Position numbers and translations under genes: made by a program. Shown piece by piece: positions 17,572 through 27,053 of a DNA stretch of 64,000 bases. How positions within the stretch are numbered: position 1 is the stretch's first letter; each line of letters begins with the position of its first letter. Where the stretch lies: positions 160,001 to 224,000 of the forward strand of contig CAVUMN010000003.1 in NCBI GenBank assembly GCA_963742735.1, in the 5' to 3' direction. The notes below the pieces were generated by a model that made no database searches, was not told the origin of the DNA, and saw only the letters and a program-made list of their open reading frames with translations. This DNA comes from an uncultured Actinomycetes bacterium (GTDB lineage Bacteria > Actinomycetota > UBA4738 > JBBDTT01).

Positions 17572-17975
17572 TGCGCCGCCCTGGTATCCACGACGTACAC
17601 CGAGCAGGGAGCGTGCTGGACGATGGCGTTCGGGACGCTTCCCAGGAACCACCGCCTCTTGCCGTGCGTCCCCCGGTTGCCGACCACGATCACGTCGGCG
17701 CCCTCGTCCTCGGCCACGTCGCAGATCGTCTCGGCCGGGTCGCCGGCCTCCTCGCGGGTGCGGAGCTTCACGTCGGTGAACCGGGCGGCCAGCGTGGCGA
17801 GATAGCCGTTGGCGTCCGGGACCTTCCCCGGGTCGAACACCTCCCGGGCGTCCAGGGGCGGCTTCACGTACACCACGATCAGCTCCGCGTCCTGGGCCTT
17901 CGACAGCTCCGCCGCCGCCGCGACGGCCAGCTCCGCGGACGCGGAGGTGTCGGTTCCGACCACGATCTTCTGCAT
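17568..17975 (-). CDS. Universal stress protein
   Basis: KIVVGTDTS, GDPAETI, VIVVGNRG...LGSVP, APCSVYVV; AAAGGAG RBS. Confidence 0.93.
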   Translation of the reverse strand: MQKIVVGTDTSASAELAVAAAAELSKAQDAELIVVYVKPPLDAREVFDPGKVPDANGYLATLAARFTDVKLRTREEAGDPAETICDVAEDEGADVIVVGNRGTHGKRRWFLGSVPNAIVQHAPCSVYVVDTRAAQ

Positions 17976-17995
17976 GGTGGGGCTCCTTTCGAACG

Positions 17996-18145
17996 TCAGG
18001 GGGTTCGCGACGCCAGGGCTCGCCGCAGGCGGCGGTCGAGGATGGAGGCCGCGATCCACATCGCCGGCCCGAGCACGGCCCGCTCCACCTTTCGGCGTCG
18101 CCGGGACGTGCGCTTCGGGACCGTCTGCCAGCGCCGAGCTCCCAT
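17996..18145 (-). CDS. Small basic 49-aa protein
   Basis: AAGGAGG 5 nt before ATG; MGARRWQ...VERAVLGPAMWIAASILDRRL; first gene of the USP operon. Confidence 0.55.
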   Translation of the reverse strand: MGARRWQTVPKRTSRRRRKVERAVLGPAMWIAASILDRRLRRALASRTP

Positions 18146-18171
18146 CGCGTCCTCCTTGGTTTCGATGTGGA

Positions 18172-18279
18172 CACGATGCGAGTCACGAGGCCGGTCACGA
18201 CACCCGGGGGGCACGAGGGATCGGGGAGCCGCTCACCCCGACGGGGAGGGGTGGCACCACCACCTCGGTGAGGGGCGTT
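18172..18279. promoter_or_regulatory. Divergent promoter region with direct and inverted repeats
   Basis: CACGA at 18172/18184/18196; TCGGGG-N9-CCCCGA (18221-18241); GAGGGG-N9-CACCTC (18246-18266). Confidence 0.45.
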
Positions 18280-18343
18280 CCTCGCTCGAACCGTTCGGCT
18301 CGCACACTTGGGAGGAGGATCGCGAAGTCCGACAATGTGACCC

Positions 18344-20362
18344 ATGGCGATGACTGGGAGGACCGCCAAACGGCTGGCCTGGTCCGGCGTGGCGTGGTTC
18401 GGGCTGATGGGAGCAATCGGGGTCACGCTGAACCTCCTGGACGGCTCGTACTCGCTCGAGGACATCGTGCTGCTCCCCGTGATGTTCGGGGCGTTCGCGT
18501 CGGTCGGCGCGGTCATCGCGTCGCGCCAACCCTCCAACCCGATCGGCTGGCTGTTCGTGTTGATCGCGTTGGGGCCCCCGACGTCGTTCGCGGCCGAGGC
18601 TTACGCCTACCGGGCTCTCATCGGCGACCCGGGCTCCCTCCCCGCCGGTCAGTACGCGGGCTGGGTCTCGAACTGGGCGTGGGGGACCGTGCCGCTTCTC
18701 CTGTTCCTGCTCCTGCTGTTCCCGACCGGGAGGCTTCCCAGCCGGCGGTGGCGACCCGTGGCCTGGGCGATCGGGATCTGGTTCGGGCTCGCGATGATCG
18801 GGTCCATGACCGTGTCGGGGGAGATGGACAACCTCCCGGGGAGCCGGAACCCGTTCGGGATCGAGGCCCTGGAGGGGGTCATCCGTCCCTTCCTCCAGGA
18901 CATCGCCTACGCCGGGTTCTCCGTGGGGGCGCTCCTGGCTGCCTCGTCGCTGATCTTCCGATACCGCCGGGCCCGGGACGAGGAGCGCCGGCAGCTGAGG
19001 CTGTTCACGTATGCGGCGTTCCTCAGCGGGATCCTCCTCACGATCGTGGAGTACGTGCCGGACGGAGTTGGGAGCGTGCTCTTCGCGCTCGTCCTGGCCC
19101 TGCTCACGACCGCGACCGCCGTGTCCATCCTCAAGTTTCGGCTCTATGCGATCGATCTGGTCGTACGCAAGACGCTCGTGTACGGAGTCCTCGCCGCCCT
19201 CGTTACGGGCCTCTACCTGCTCCTGGTCGTGGCCGTCCCGGCGGCGATCCTCGGCACGAGCGCGGATGGATCCAGCGTCCTCATCATTCTCGGCACGGCG
19301 GTGCTCGCGCTCCTCCTGCTTCCCCTGCGCCGCCGGATGGCGCACCTTGCGAACCGGCTCGTGTACGGGAAGCGGGCGACGCCCTACGAGGTCCTGTCGG
19401 AGTTCGCCGGCCGCGTCGGCGGGTCGTACGGGGTCGAGGACGTTCTGCCGCGGATGGCCCGGGTCCTCGCGGAGGGGACGGGCGCCGAGCGAGCCGAGGT
19501 GCTGCTGCGGTCCGAGGGAGGCCTTCGCCCGGCGGCGGTCTGGCCCGCCGACGCGGAGCCGTTGGAGGTCCGTGACCTGGTCGTGCCCGTCGTTCACCAG
19601 GGCGAGGACCTCGGCGCGCTGGCCGTCACCAAGCCGCGCGGGGAGCCGTTGACGCCGGCAGAGGAGAAGCTCGTCCGCGACCTGGCCGCGCAGGCGGGAC
19701 TGGTCCTTCGCAACGTGGGGCTCTTCGAGGACCTCCGGGCCTCGCGGGTCCGCCTGGTCGAGGCGCAGGACGCCGAGCGCCGCCGGCTGGAACGCGACAT
19801 CCACGACGGCGCCCAGCAGCACCTGGTGTCGTTGATGGTCCGGCTGCGCCTGGCCGAGAGCCTCATCGCCAAGGATCCCGCGAAGGCCACGGCCGCAGTG
19901 GCCGAGGCGAAGGATCAGGCGAACGACGCCCTGGAGACGCTGCGCGATCTGGCCAGGGGCATCTATCCGCCCTTGCTCGCGGACCAGGGCCTGCCCGCGG
20001 CGCTCGAGGCCGCGGCCCGCAAGGCGCCACTCCCCGTCGACGTCCGGCCGGACGGCGTGGGTCGGTACCCCCAGGCCGCCGAGGCCGCGGTTTACTTCTG
20101 CGTGCTGGAGGCTCTCCAGAACGTCACGAAGTACGCCGAGGCCAGCCGAGCCGCCGTGCGCCTGTCGAGCGAGCCCGGCGCGCTTCGCTTCGAGGTCACC
20201 GACGACGGGCGGGGCTTCGACCTCTCGGCGGTCGCGCGCGGGTCCGGGACCCAGAACATGGCCGACCGGCTCGAGGCCCTCGGCGGTTCGCTGGAGATCC
20301 GCAGCGCCCCGGGAGAGGGGACCACGGTGACGGGCCGCGTCCCGACAGGGTTGGCCCAATGA
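18344..20362 (+). CDS. Membrane sensor histidine kinase 1 (multi-TM, GAF-like, HisKA_3, HATPase)
   Basis: ERDIHDGAQQHL H-box, EALQNVTKY N-box, DDGRGF G1 box. Confidence 0.95.
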   Translation: MAMTGRTAKRLAWSGVAWFGLMGAIGVTLNLLDGSYSLEDIVLLPVMFGAFASVGAVIASRQPSNPIGWLFVLIALGPPTSFAAEAYAYRALIGDPGSLPAGQYAGWVSNWAWGTVPLLLFLLLLFPTGRLPSRRWRPVAWAIGIWFGLAMIGSMTVSGEMDNLPGSRNPFGIEALEGVIRPFLQDIAYAGFSVGALLAASSLIFRYRRARDEERRQLRLFTYAAFLSGILLTIVEYVPDGVGSVLFALVLALLTTATAVSILKFRLYAIDLVVRKTLVYGVLAALVTGLYLLLVVAVPAAILGTSADGSSVLIILGTAVLALLLLPLRRRMAHLANRLVYGKRATPYEVLSEFAGRVGGSYGVEDVLPRMARVLAEGTGAERAEVLLRSEGGLRPAAVWPADAEPLEVRDLVVPVVHQGEDLGALAVTKPRGEPLTPAEEKLVRDLAAQAGLVLRNVGLFEDLRASRVRLVEAQDAERRRLERDIHDGAQQHLVSLMVRLRLAESLIAKDPAKATAAVAEAKDQANDALETLRDLARGIYPPLLADQGLPAALEAAARKAPLPVDVRPDGVGRYPQAAEAAVYFCVLEALQNVTKYAEASRAAVRLSSEPGALRFEVTDDGRGFDLSAVARGSGTQNMADRLEALGGSLEIRSAPGEGTTVTGRVPTGLAQ

Positions 20363-22389
20363 CGCAGAAGGTCGCCGCCCGGCTCGCCTGGGGTCTGTGG
20401 GGCCTCACCCTGGCGATCTCGGCCGCCGCTCTCGTGGCGTGGGTGCTCTCGCTCGACACGCCGACGCAGGCCTACGGGTTCCGGGGGGTGGCCCTCCTGC
20501 ACGCCATGGCCTTCGCGACGGCGGGGGCTCTCATCGCGTCGCGCAGGTCGACGCATCCGCTGGGCTGGATCTTCTGTGCGGTCGGAGCCCTGATCGCCGT
20601 CCAGGAGCTCGGCTACGAGTACGCGGTGTACGCCCTCGAGCATGCTGCCGTCGCCGAGCTGGCCCGGGTGGGTGCCTGGATCGTGAACTGGATCTGGGTG
20701 GTGTGGATCTTCGGGGTCGGTATGTTCGGGCTCCTGCTGTACCCGGACGGACGCCTTCCCTCTCGCCGTTGGCGGCCCGTCGCCTGGTTCGACGGGGTCG
20801 CGATCGTAATGCTCGGCGTGACCTCGGCGTTCAAACAGGGAACGCTCGACAACGTCCGTGAGTACACGAACCCGTTCGGGTTCCTTCGGGGCACCACGTT
20901 CGAGGTGCTCGATACCCTGGGCATCCTCCTGGCGATGACCGGGATCGTCCTGTCCGTCGCCTCGATCGTCGTGCGGATGCGGCGGGCTCGCCCGGAGGAG
21001 CGCCTGCAGCTTCGGTGGTTCCTCCTCGCCGGCGCCGTCCTGGTAGTCGGTCTGGGTACGAACGTCTTCGAGAACGTCCTGTCGGACAAGGTCATCGGAT
21101 CCTCCGTCCTCGCCGCGCTCGCGCTGTTCCCGGTGGCTCTCGGCATCGGGATTCTCAAGTACCGGGCGTTCGACCTGGACGTCGTCATCAGCAAGGCCGT
21201 CGTCTACGGCATCCTGCTGGTGATCATCACGCTCGACTACCTGGCCATCGTGGTGGGCATCGGGACGCTCGTCGGCGACCGTGCCAGCCCCGTCCTCACC
21301 GCGGCCGCGGCGGCGATCGCGGCGCTGTCGTTCCAGCCGATCAACCGCCGGCTCACTCGGTTCGCGAACCGGTTGGTCTACGGCAAGCGGGCGACCCCGT
21401 ACGAGGTGCTCTCGGAGTTCTCCGAGCGCGTCGGCACCGCGTACTCGACCGAGGACGTCCTGCCCCGGATGGCCCGGCTGATCGTCGAGGGCACGGGCGC
21501 GACGCGCGGCGACGTGTGGCTTCGCATCGGCGACACCTGGCGGCTCGAGGCTTCGTGGCCGGCCGAAGCCCCGACGCTCTCCGCTCCCGACGACGATGAG
21601 GGTCGCCCGTTCGAGGTCCGGCACCAGGGCCAGACGCTCGGCGCCCTCAGCCTGGTCAAGCCGGCGAACGATCCGGTCACCCCGGCCGAGGAACGTCTCC
21701 TGGGCGACCTGGCCGCGCAGGCCGGACTCGTCTTGCGCAACGTGCGGCTGCTGGAGGATCTCCGCGCTTCGCGCCGCCGGCTGGTGACCGCCCAGAACGA
21801 CGAGCGGCGCCGGTTGGAGCGCGACATCCATGACGGCGCACAGCAGCACCTCGTCGCGCTGATGGTGAAGCTTCGGGTTCTGGAGGCCCTCGCGAAGAAA
21901 AATCCCGCCAGGGTGGCCGGCGCGGTCGAGGAGCTGAAGGGGCAGGCCCAGGACGCCCTGGAGACACTGCGCGACCTGGCCCGCGGGATCTATCCGCCCG
22001 TCCTCGCCGACCGGGGTTTGGCCGCGGCCCTCGAGGCGCAGACCCGTGGCGGGCCGGTGCCGGTGGCGATCAGTCCGGACGGCGTCGGCCGCCTGCCGCA
22101 GGAGGTGGAGGCCGCCGTGTACTTCTGTGTCCTGGAGGCGTTGCAGAACGTCGCGAAGTATGCCGGGGCGTCCGGGGTCGATCTGACGCTCCGTCAGATC
22201 GACGGCCAGGTCGAGTTCGAGGTCCGCGACGACGGCCGGGGGTTCGACCCAGACACCACGCCGCGGGGGTCCGGGCTGCAGAACATGGCCGACCGCCTGG
22301 AGGCGCTGGGGGGCACGCTCGTGGTCACCAGCGCGCCGGGGGGCGGGACCACGGTGGTCGGCCGTGTCCCCGCGGAGGCGCTGCGATGA
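20359..22389 (+). CDS. Membrane sensor histidine kinase 2
   Basis: ERDIHDGAQQHL, EALQNVAKY, DDGRGF, GSGLQNM; ATGA-coupled. Confidence 0.95.
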   Translation: MTQKVAARLAWGLWGLTLAISAAALVAWVLSLDTPTQAYGFRGVALLHAMAFATAGALIASRRSTHPLGWIFCAVGALIAVQELGYEYAVYALEHAAVAELARVGAWIVNWIWVVWIFGVGMFGLLLYPDGRLPSRRWRPVAWFDGVAIVMLGVTSAFKQGTLDNVREYTNPFGFLRGTTFEVLDTLGILLAMTGIVLSVASIVVRMRRARPEERLQLRWFLLAGAVLVVGLGTNVFENVLSDKVIGSSVLAALALFPVALGIGILKYRAFDLDVVISKAVVYGILLVIITLDYLAIVVGIGTLVGDRASPVLTAAAAAIAALSFQPINRRLTRFANRLVYGKRATPYEVLSEFSERVGTAYSTEDVLPRMARLIVEGTGATRGDVWLRIGDTWRLEASWPAEAPTLSAPDDDEGRPFEVRHQGQTLGALSLVKPANDPVTPAEERLLGDLAAQAGLVLRNVRLLEDLRASRRRLVTAQNDERRRLERDIHDGAQQHLVALMVKLRVLEALAKKNPARVAGAVEELKGQAQDALETLRDLARGIYPPVLADRGLAAALEAQTRGGPVPVAISPDGVGRLPQEVEAAVYFCVLEALQNVAKYAGASGVDLTLRQIDGQVEFEVRDDGRGFDPDTTPRGSGLQNMADRLEALGGTLVVTSAPGGGTTVVGRVPAEALR

Positions 22390-24509
22390 ACCCGCGACGG
22401 ATCGCGTGGAGCGCATGGACTCTGTCGCTGGCCATCGTGGCCGGTTTCGTCGCGCTGGCGTTCGTGAACAGCCGAACCGACATCGGCCTAGGGTTCATCG
22501 TGGCCCTCGCCACGATGGGCTACGCGACGACGGGCGCGCTCATCGTCTCGCGGCAGCCCAGGAACACGGTCGGATGGCTGTTCCTCCTGATCGGGCTCTG
22601 CGTTGGCTTCTCCGGTTTCGCCGAGAACTACTCGCAGCGGGCACTTGACCTGGGAGGTCCTGAGGCGATCCCGCTGGTGCCCCTCGTCGCGTGGCTCGGA
22701 GCGAACTTCGCGCTCGTCGTCGGCTTCGGCTCCATCCCCCTCGTGCTCCTCGTGTTCCCCGACGGCCGTCTGCCTTCCCGCAGATGGCGGGTGGTCGCGG
22801 TCGCGATGGTGCTCGCGCTCGCTGCGGGGCTCGCCGGGCTGGCGCTCAGTCCGAACCCGCTGGGTGGCGAGGCAAAGATCCCGAACCCCACGGCGATCCC
22901 CGGCTTGAAGGAGCTGGCATCGCTCCTGATGACGATCGGTGGGTTCGGCTCGGTCATCTCCGGCGCGCTGTGCGTGGCCGCCCTCGTCGTGCGATTTCGG
23001 CGCTCGCGCGGCGCCGAGCGACAGCAGCTTCGATGGCTGGCCTACTCCGCCGGAGCCGCGGTGGTGCTGTTCCTCTCGACCGTTACCGTCGGCGTCCTCG
23101 ACGAAGGTCGCCTGAGCGACGCGATCTTCTTCGCGTTCCTCACGCTGTTCGCGGTCGGGATCCCGGTGTCGTGCGGGATCGCGATCCTGAAGCACGGGCT
23201 GTTCGGGATCGACGTCGTGGTCAACAAAGCGCTCGTCTACGGGTCGCTCGCCGCGTTCATCACCGCGGTGTACGTCGCGATCGTCGTGGGCATCGGCACG
23301 GTGATCGGCACCGGCGACGAGCCGAACCTGGCCCTGTCGATCGCCGCGACCGCCGTGGTCGCGATCGCTTTCCAGCCCGTCCGGACCCGTGTTCAGCGAG
23401 TCGCGAACCGTCTGGTGTATGGCGAGCGGGCGTCGCCCTACGAGGTCCTGTCCGGGTTCGCAGCGAGCGTCGGTGGCTCCTACGACGTCGAGGATGTCCT
23501 TCCCCGCATGGCCCGCGTGGTGGCCGAGGGGACGGGCGCGGCCCGAGCTGAGGTCTGGCTGACCGTCGGAGACGCGCTCGTCGCGGGGGCCTCGTGGCCA
23601 GCCGACCCGCAACCGCGCGACCCCCTTCCGCTGCCAGACGACGGAGGTGCGCCGGAGGTTCCGGGAGCCGACCGAGCGGTGGCCGTCCGGGCGCAGGGCC
23701 AGCTCCTGGGTGCGCTCTCGGTGACGAAACCACCGGGCGAGGCCCTCCGTCCCGCCGAGGCAGCCCTGCTGGACCACCTCGCCGCCCAGGCCGGCCTGGT
23801 CGTTCGCAGCGCCCGCCTGGCCGCGGAGCTCCGGGCCCGGCTTGAGGAGCTCTCCCGCCATGCGGAGGCGCTGCGGCTCTCACGGCAGCGGATCGTGGCC
23901 GCGGAGGACGGGGAGCGCCGGCGGCTGGAGCGGGACATCCACGACGGCGCGCAGCAGCACCTGGTGGCGCTGGCGGTGAAGATTCGCCTCGCCCGTCAGC
24001 TCGCCGGCAAGGACCCGGAGCGGGCCCGGGGACTGATCGCCGACCTTCGCCGGGACGCCGTGTCGGCCTCGGACACGCTCGCCGGTCTGGCGACGGGGAT
24101 CTACCCGCCGCTGCTCTCGGAGGGAGGCCTGGTCCGGGCCCTGCGGGCGAGCGCCGAGGGCATGCCGTTCGAGGTCCACGTCGAGCCGGACGGGGTGGGC
24201 CGCTACGCCGAGGACGTGGAGGCCGCCGTGTACTTCTCGATCCTCGAGGCGCTGCAGAACGCGGCGAAGTACGCGGAGGCCTCTCGCGTGGATCTGACCC
24301 TCCGTCAGGTGGACGGGACGATCGAGTTCGAGGTGTCAGACGATGGCAGCGGCTTCGACCCCGAAGCCACGACGCACGGCTCGGGCTCGCGGAACATGGC
24401 GGATCGACTGGAGGCGCTCGGGGGCGTCGTCTCGATCGACAGCGGGCCGGGGCGCGGGACGCGCGTGAGCGGCATGGTCCCCGCCACGCCGGTGGAGGTG
24501 GCGGGATGA
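22386..24509 (+). CDS. Membrane sensor histidine kinase 3
   Basis: ERDIHDGAQQHL, EALQNAAKY, DDGSGF; ATGA-coupled. Confidence 0.95.
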   Translation: MNPRRIAWSAWTLSLAIVAGFVALAFVNSRTDIGLGFIVALATMGYATTGALIVSRQPRNTVGWLFLLIGLCVGFSGFAENYSQRALDLGGPEAIPLVPLVAWLGANFALVVGFGSIPLVLLVFPDGRLPSRRWRVVAVAMVLALAAGLAGLALSPNPLGGEAKIPNPTAIPGLKELASLLMTIGGFGSVISGALCVAALVVRFRRSRGAERQQLRWLAYSAGAAVVLFLSTVTVGVLDEGRLSDAIFFAFLTLFAVGIPVSCGIAILKHGLFGIDVVVNKALVYGSLAAFITAVYVAIVVGIGTVIGTGDEPNLALSIAATAVVAIAFQPVRTRVQRVANRLVYGERASPYEVLSGFAASVGGSYDVEDVLPRMARVVAEGTGAARAEVWLTVGDALVAGASWPADPQPRDPLPLPDDGGAPEVPGADRAVAVRAQGQLLGALSVTKPPGEALRPAEAALLDHLAAQAGLVVRSARLAAELRARLEELSRHAEALRLSRQRIVAAEDGERRRLERDIHDGAQQHLVALAVKIRLARQLAGKDPERARGLIADLRRDAVSASDTLAGLATGIYPPLLSEGGLVRALRASAEGMPFEVHVEPDGVGRYAEDVEAAVYFSILEALQNAAKYAEASRVDLTLRQVDGTIEFEVSDDGSGFDPEATTHGSGSRNMADRLEALGGVVSIDSGPGRGTRVSGMVPATPVEVAG

Positions 24510-26557
24510 GCGCGCGTGCTCGTTCGGTGGCCGCGTGGTCTGCCCTCGGGCTGTGCATTGCATTCGCCGTCGCCGGCGCCGTCGTCGCCGCGGCGTTCAC
24601 GCCGACGCCCTTTGAGTGGTCCGGGATCGGCTTCATCATCGGGGTCATGGGGGCGCCGACGTTCGGGGCCCTGATTTTGTCCCGCGCCCCCAACCGGGTG
24701 GGGTGGCTCCTGATCGTCGTCGGGCTGGGCGGCACCCTGGCCATCGTGCTGGGGTCGATGGCCGACTCGAACGTCGAGGCCGGGTGGATGGTGTGGGTGG
24801 CCTGGGTGGCCAACTGGGTGTGGCCCTTCTCCCTGGGGAGCCTGATCCTGATCCTGCAGCTCTTCCCGGACGGACGCCCCCTGACCCCGCGGTGGCGGTG
24901 GTTGGTCGGGCTTACCCTGCTCGCGGTCGGCCTCCTGGTGATCGGAAGCGCGTTCGGCCCTGGTCGGCTGGGCGACTACGAGCGCTACACGAACCCCGTG
25001 GGCCTGGAGGCGCTCCGCGGGAGTTGGGTGTCGGCGGATGTGAACATCGGGTGGGCCCTGATCATCCCCTCGGTGCTCGGGTCGGCGGCGTCGTTGGTGG
25101 TGCGGTACCGGCGAAGCCGCGGCGAGCGGAGGCAGCAGCTCAAGTGGCTGTCCTACGCCGCGGTGCTGTTCGGCCTCGGGTGGGTGGGCGTGGTGGTCTC
25201 CTACGAGGCGTTCGGCAGCGACCTGGTCGGTCAGATCCTGTTCGCGTCCGGAATGATCGCCGTCCCGGTCGCGGTGGGGATCGCGATCCTCAAGTACCGG
25301 CTGTACGACATCGACCTCGTCATCAACAAGACGATGGTCTACGGGGCGCTCGCCGCGTTCATCACGGCGGTGTACGTCGCGATCGTGGTCGGCGTCGGCG
25401 CGTTGATCGGCAGTGGCGACGAGCCGAACCTGGCCCTGTCGATCGCGGCCACCGCCGTCGTCGCGCTCTCCTTCCAGCCCGTCCGCGAGCGCGTGCAGCG
25501 GGTCGCCAACCGGTTGGTCTACGGCGAGCGCGCCACGCCCTACCAGGTGATGGCGGGGTTCTCCGACCGTGTGGCGAACGCGATCTCAGTCGAGGACGTG
25601 CTGCCGCGGATGGCGGAGACCGCCGCCCGCGGTGTCGGCGCGGCCGCCACCCGTGTGTCGGTGTTCCTGTCCGAGGGGGATCGCCACGCGGTGTGGCCGG
25701 AGGACGCCGAGGCGTCTCACGGCTTCGATCGGACGATCACCGTGCGGGACCGTGGAGAGGCCGTGGGGGAGATCGCCCTGCGCAAGCCGGCCGGCGAGGC
25801 GTTCACATCCTCCGACGAGCGGCTGCTCGAGGACCTCGCGGCGCAGGCAGGCCTCGCCCTGCGCAACGTGCGCCTCACGGCCGAGCTCGAGCGTCGGGTC
25901 GAGGAGACCTCGGCGCTCGCCGGGGATCTGGCCGAGTCGCGTCGTCGGATCCTGTCGGCCCGGGACGAGGAGCGACGCCGCCTCGAGCGCCGCGTTCACG
26001 GTGGCCCTCAGCGCCGCCTCGCGGTCATGAACGACCGGCTGCGGGAGATCGACGAGGCCCTCGATGACCCGGCGCGCGCCACGGAGCTCCTCGAGGCCCT
26101 CGGCATGGAGACCGCCGGGACCCTGGACGTCCTCAGGGAGCTGGCCCGGGGGATCTTCCCGCCGCTGCTGTCCGACCAGGGCCTCGCGCCCGCCCTCGAG
26201 GCGCAGGCGCGGAAGCTCGATCGCGCCGTCGAGATCTCGCCGGAGCTCGTTGGCGTCCGCCTGTCGGCGGAGGCCGAGGCCGCCGCGTACTTCTGCTCCG
26301 CGCTTCTGCTCGAGGAGGCGAACCCCGCCGCGGTGCTGTCGGCTGCGCTCGAAGGAGGGTCCGTGGTCCTGTCGCTCCCCGGCGGCGTCTCCGAGGAAAC
26401 CCTCCGGCGTGTTCGCGACCGGGCGGAAGCCCTCGGGGGTTCGCTGGAGACGGGGGCGGCGGTGCAGGCCAGGATCCCGGTCGGCGATCAGCCGGAGCTG
26501 GCGGCGGCCCAGGCCTCCTCGAGCCGGTCCGGCTCGAACTCCGACTTGGGGATGTAG
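24506..26557 (+). CDS. Membrane sensor histidine kinase 4 with degenerate ATPase domain (probable pseudokinase)
   Basis: Same TM/GAF scaffold; H-box altered to ERRVHGGPQRRL; N and G1 boxes absent. Confidence 0.85.
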   Translation: MSARARSVAAWSALGLCIAFAVAGAVVAAAFTPTPFEWSGIGFIIGVMGAPTFGALILSRAPNRVGWLLIVVGLGGTLAIVLGSMADSNVEAGWMVWVAWVANWVWPFSLGSLILILQLFPDGRPLTPRWRWLVGLTLLAVGLLVIGSAFGPGRLGDYERYTNPVGLEALRGSWVSADVNIGWALIIPSVLGSAASLVVRYRRSRGERRQQLKWLSYAAVLFGLGWVGVVVSYEAFGSDLVGQILFASGMIAVPVAVGIAILKYRLYDIDLVINKTMVYGALAAFITAVYVAIVVGVGALIGSGDEPNLALSIAATAVVALSFQPVRERVQRVANRLVYGERATPYQVMAGFSDRVANAISVEDVLPRMAETAARGVGAAATRVSVFLSEGDRHAVWPEDAEASHGFDRTITVRDRGEAVGEIALRKPAGEAFTSSDERLLEDLAAQAGLALRNVRLTAELERRVEETSALAGDLAESRRRILSARDEERRRLERRVHGGPQRRLAVMNDRLREIDEALDDPARATELLEALGMETAGTLDVLRELARGIFPPLLSDQGLAPALEAQARKLDRAVEISPELVGVRLSAEAEAAAYFCSALLLEEANPAAVLSAALEGGSVVLSLPGGVSEETLRRVRDRAEALGGSLETGAAVQARIPVGDQPELAAAQASSSRSGSNSDLGM

Positions 26558-26862
26558 GCGGCGGCGCCGGCGGCCTCGGCCTTCGGCGCGTACTCGTCGT
26601 ACTCGTAGGTCGACAGAAGCAGGACCACGACCCGTCCGGGCGCCGCGCCCAGGATCTGCCGGGTGGCCTCAAGCCCGTCGATGCCGGGAAGGTTCACGTC
26701 CATCAGGACGAGGTCGGGGTTCAGCCGGGCCGCGGCCTCCACCGAGGCCTCCCCGGTCTCCGCCTCCCCGACGACCTCGAAGCCGTCGGTAAGCTCGACC
26801 ACGGTCCTGGCGGCCTCCCGGAAGGGGGCCTGGTCGTCCACGATGAGCACATTGATCGCCAT
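26488..26862 (-). CDS. Single-domain response regulator (receiver only)
   Basis: LIVDDQ, VLMDVNLPGIDG, LLST, YIPKS; no output domain. Confidence 0.92.
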   Translation of the reverse strand: MAINVLIVDDQAPFREAARTVVELTDGFEVVGEAETGEASVEAAARLNPDLVLMDVNLPGIDGLEATRQILGAAPGRVVVLLLSTYEYDEYAPKAEAAGAAAYIPKSEFEPDRLEEAWAAASSG

Positions 26863-26954
26863 CCTGCGGGGAATCCTCGCCCATCCGGACCGCCCGGGCC
26901 AGGGTGCGCGCACGAGACCTCGAGGTGGTGCCCGCCCCCGGCCCCGGCTACAGT

Positions 26955-27053
26955 GCGGCGACGGGGGAGTCCGGCGGCACCGGGCTGAGAGGCGGGTACC
27001 ACGCCCGCGACCCTTCGAACCTGATCCGGGTCATGCCGGCGGAGGGAGGCGCG
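26955..27053 (+). ncRNA. TPP (thi-box) riboswitch
   Basis: GGGGAGT..GGGCTGAGAG..GACCC..GAACCTGATCCGGGTCATGCCGGCGGAGGGAG matches the TPP consensus; TACAGT -10 at 26949; 3' end contains the RBS of the next gene. Confidence 0.95.

Noticed and set aside
26904-27053. N-terminal extension of the permease in the ORF track
   Set aside because: Region is the promoter and TPP riboswitch
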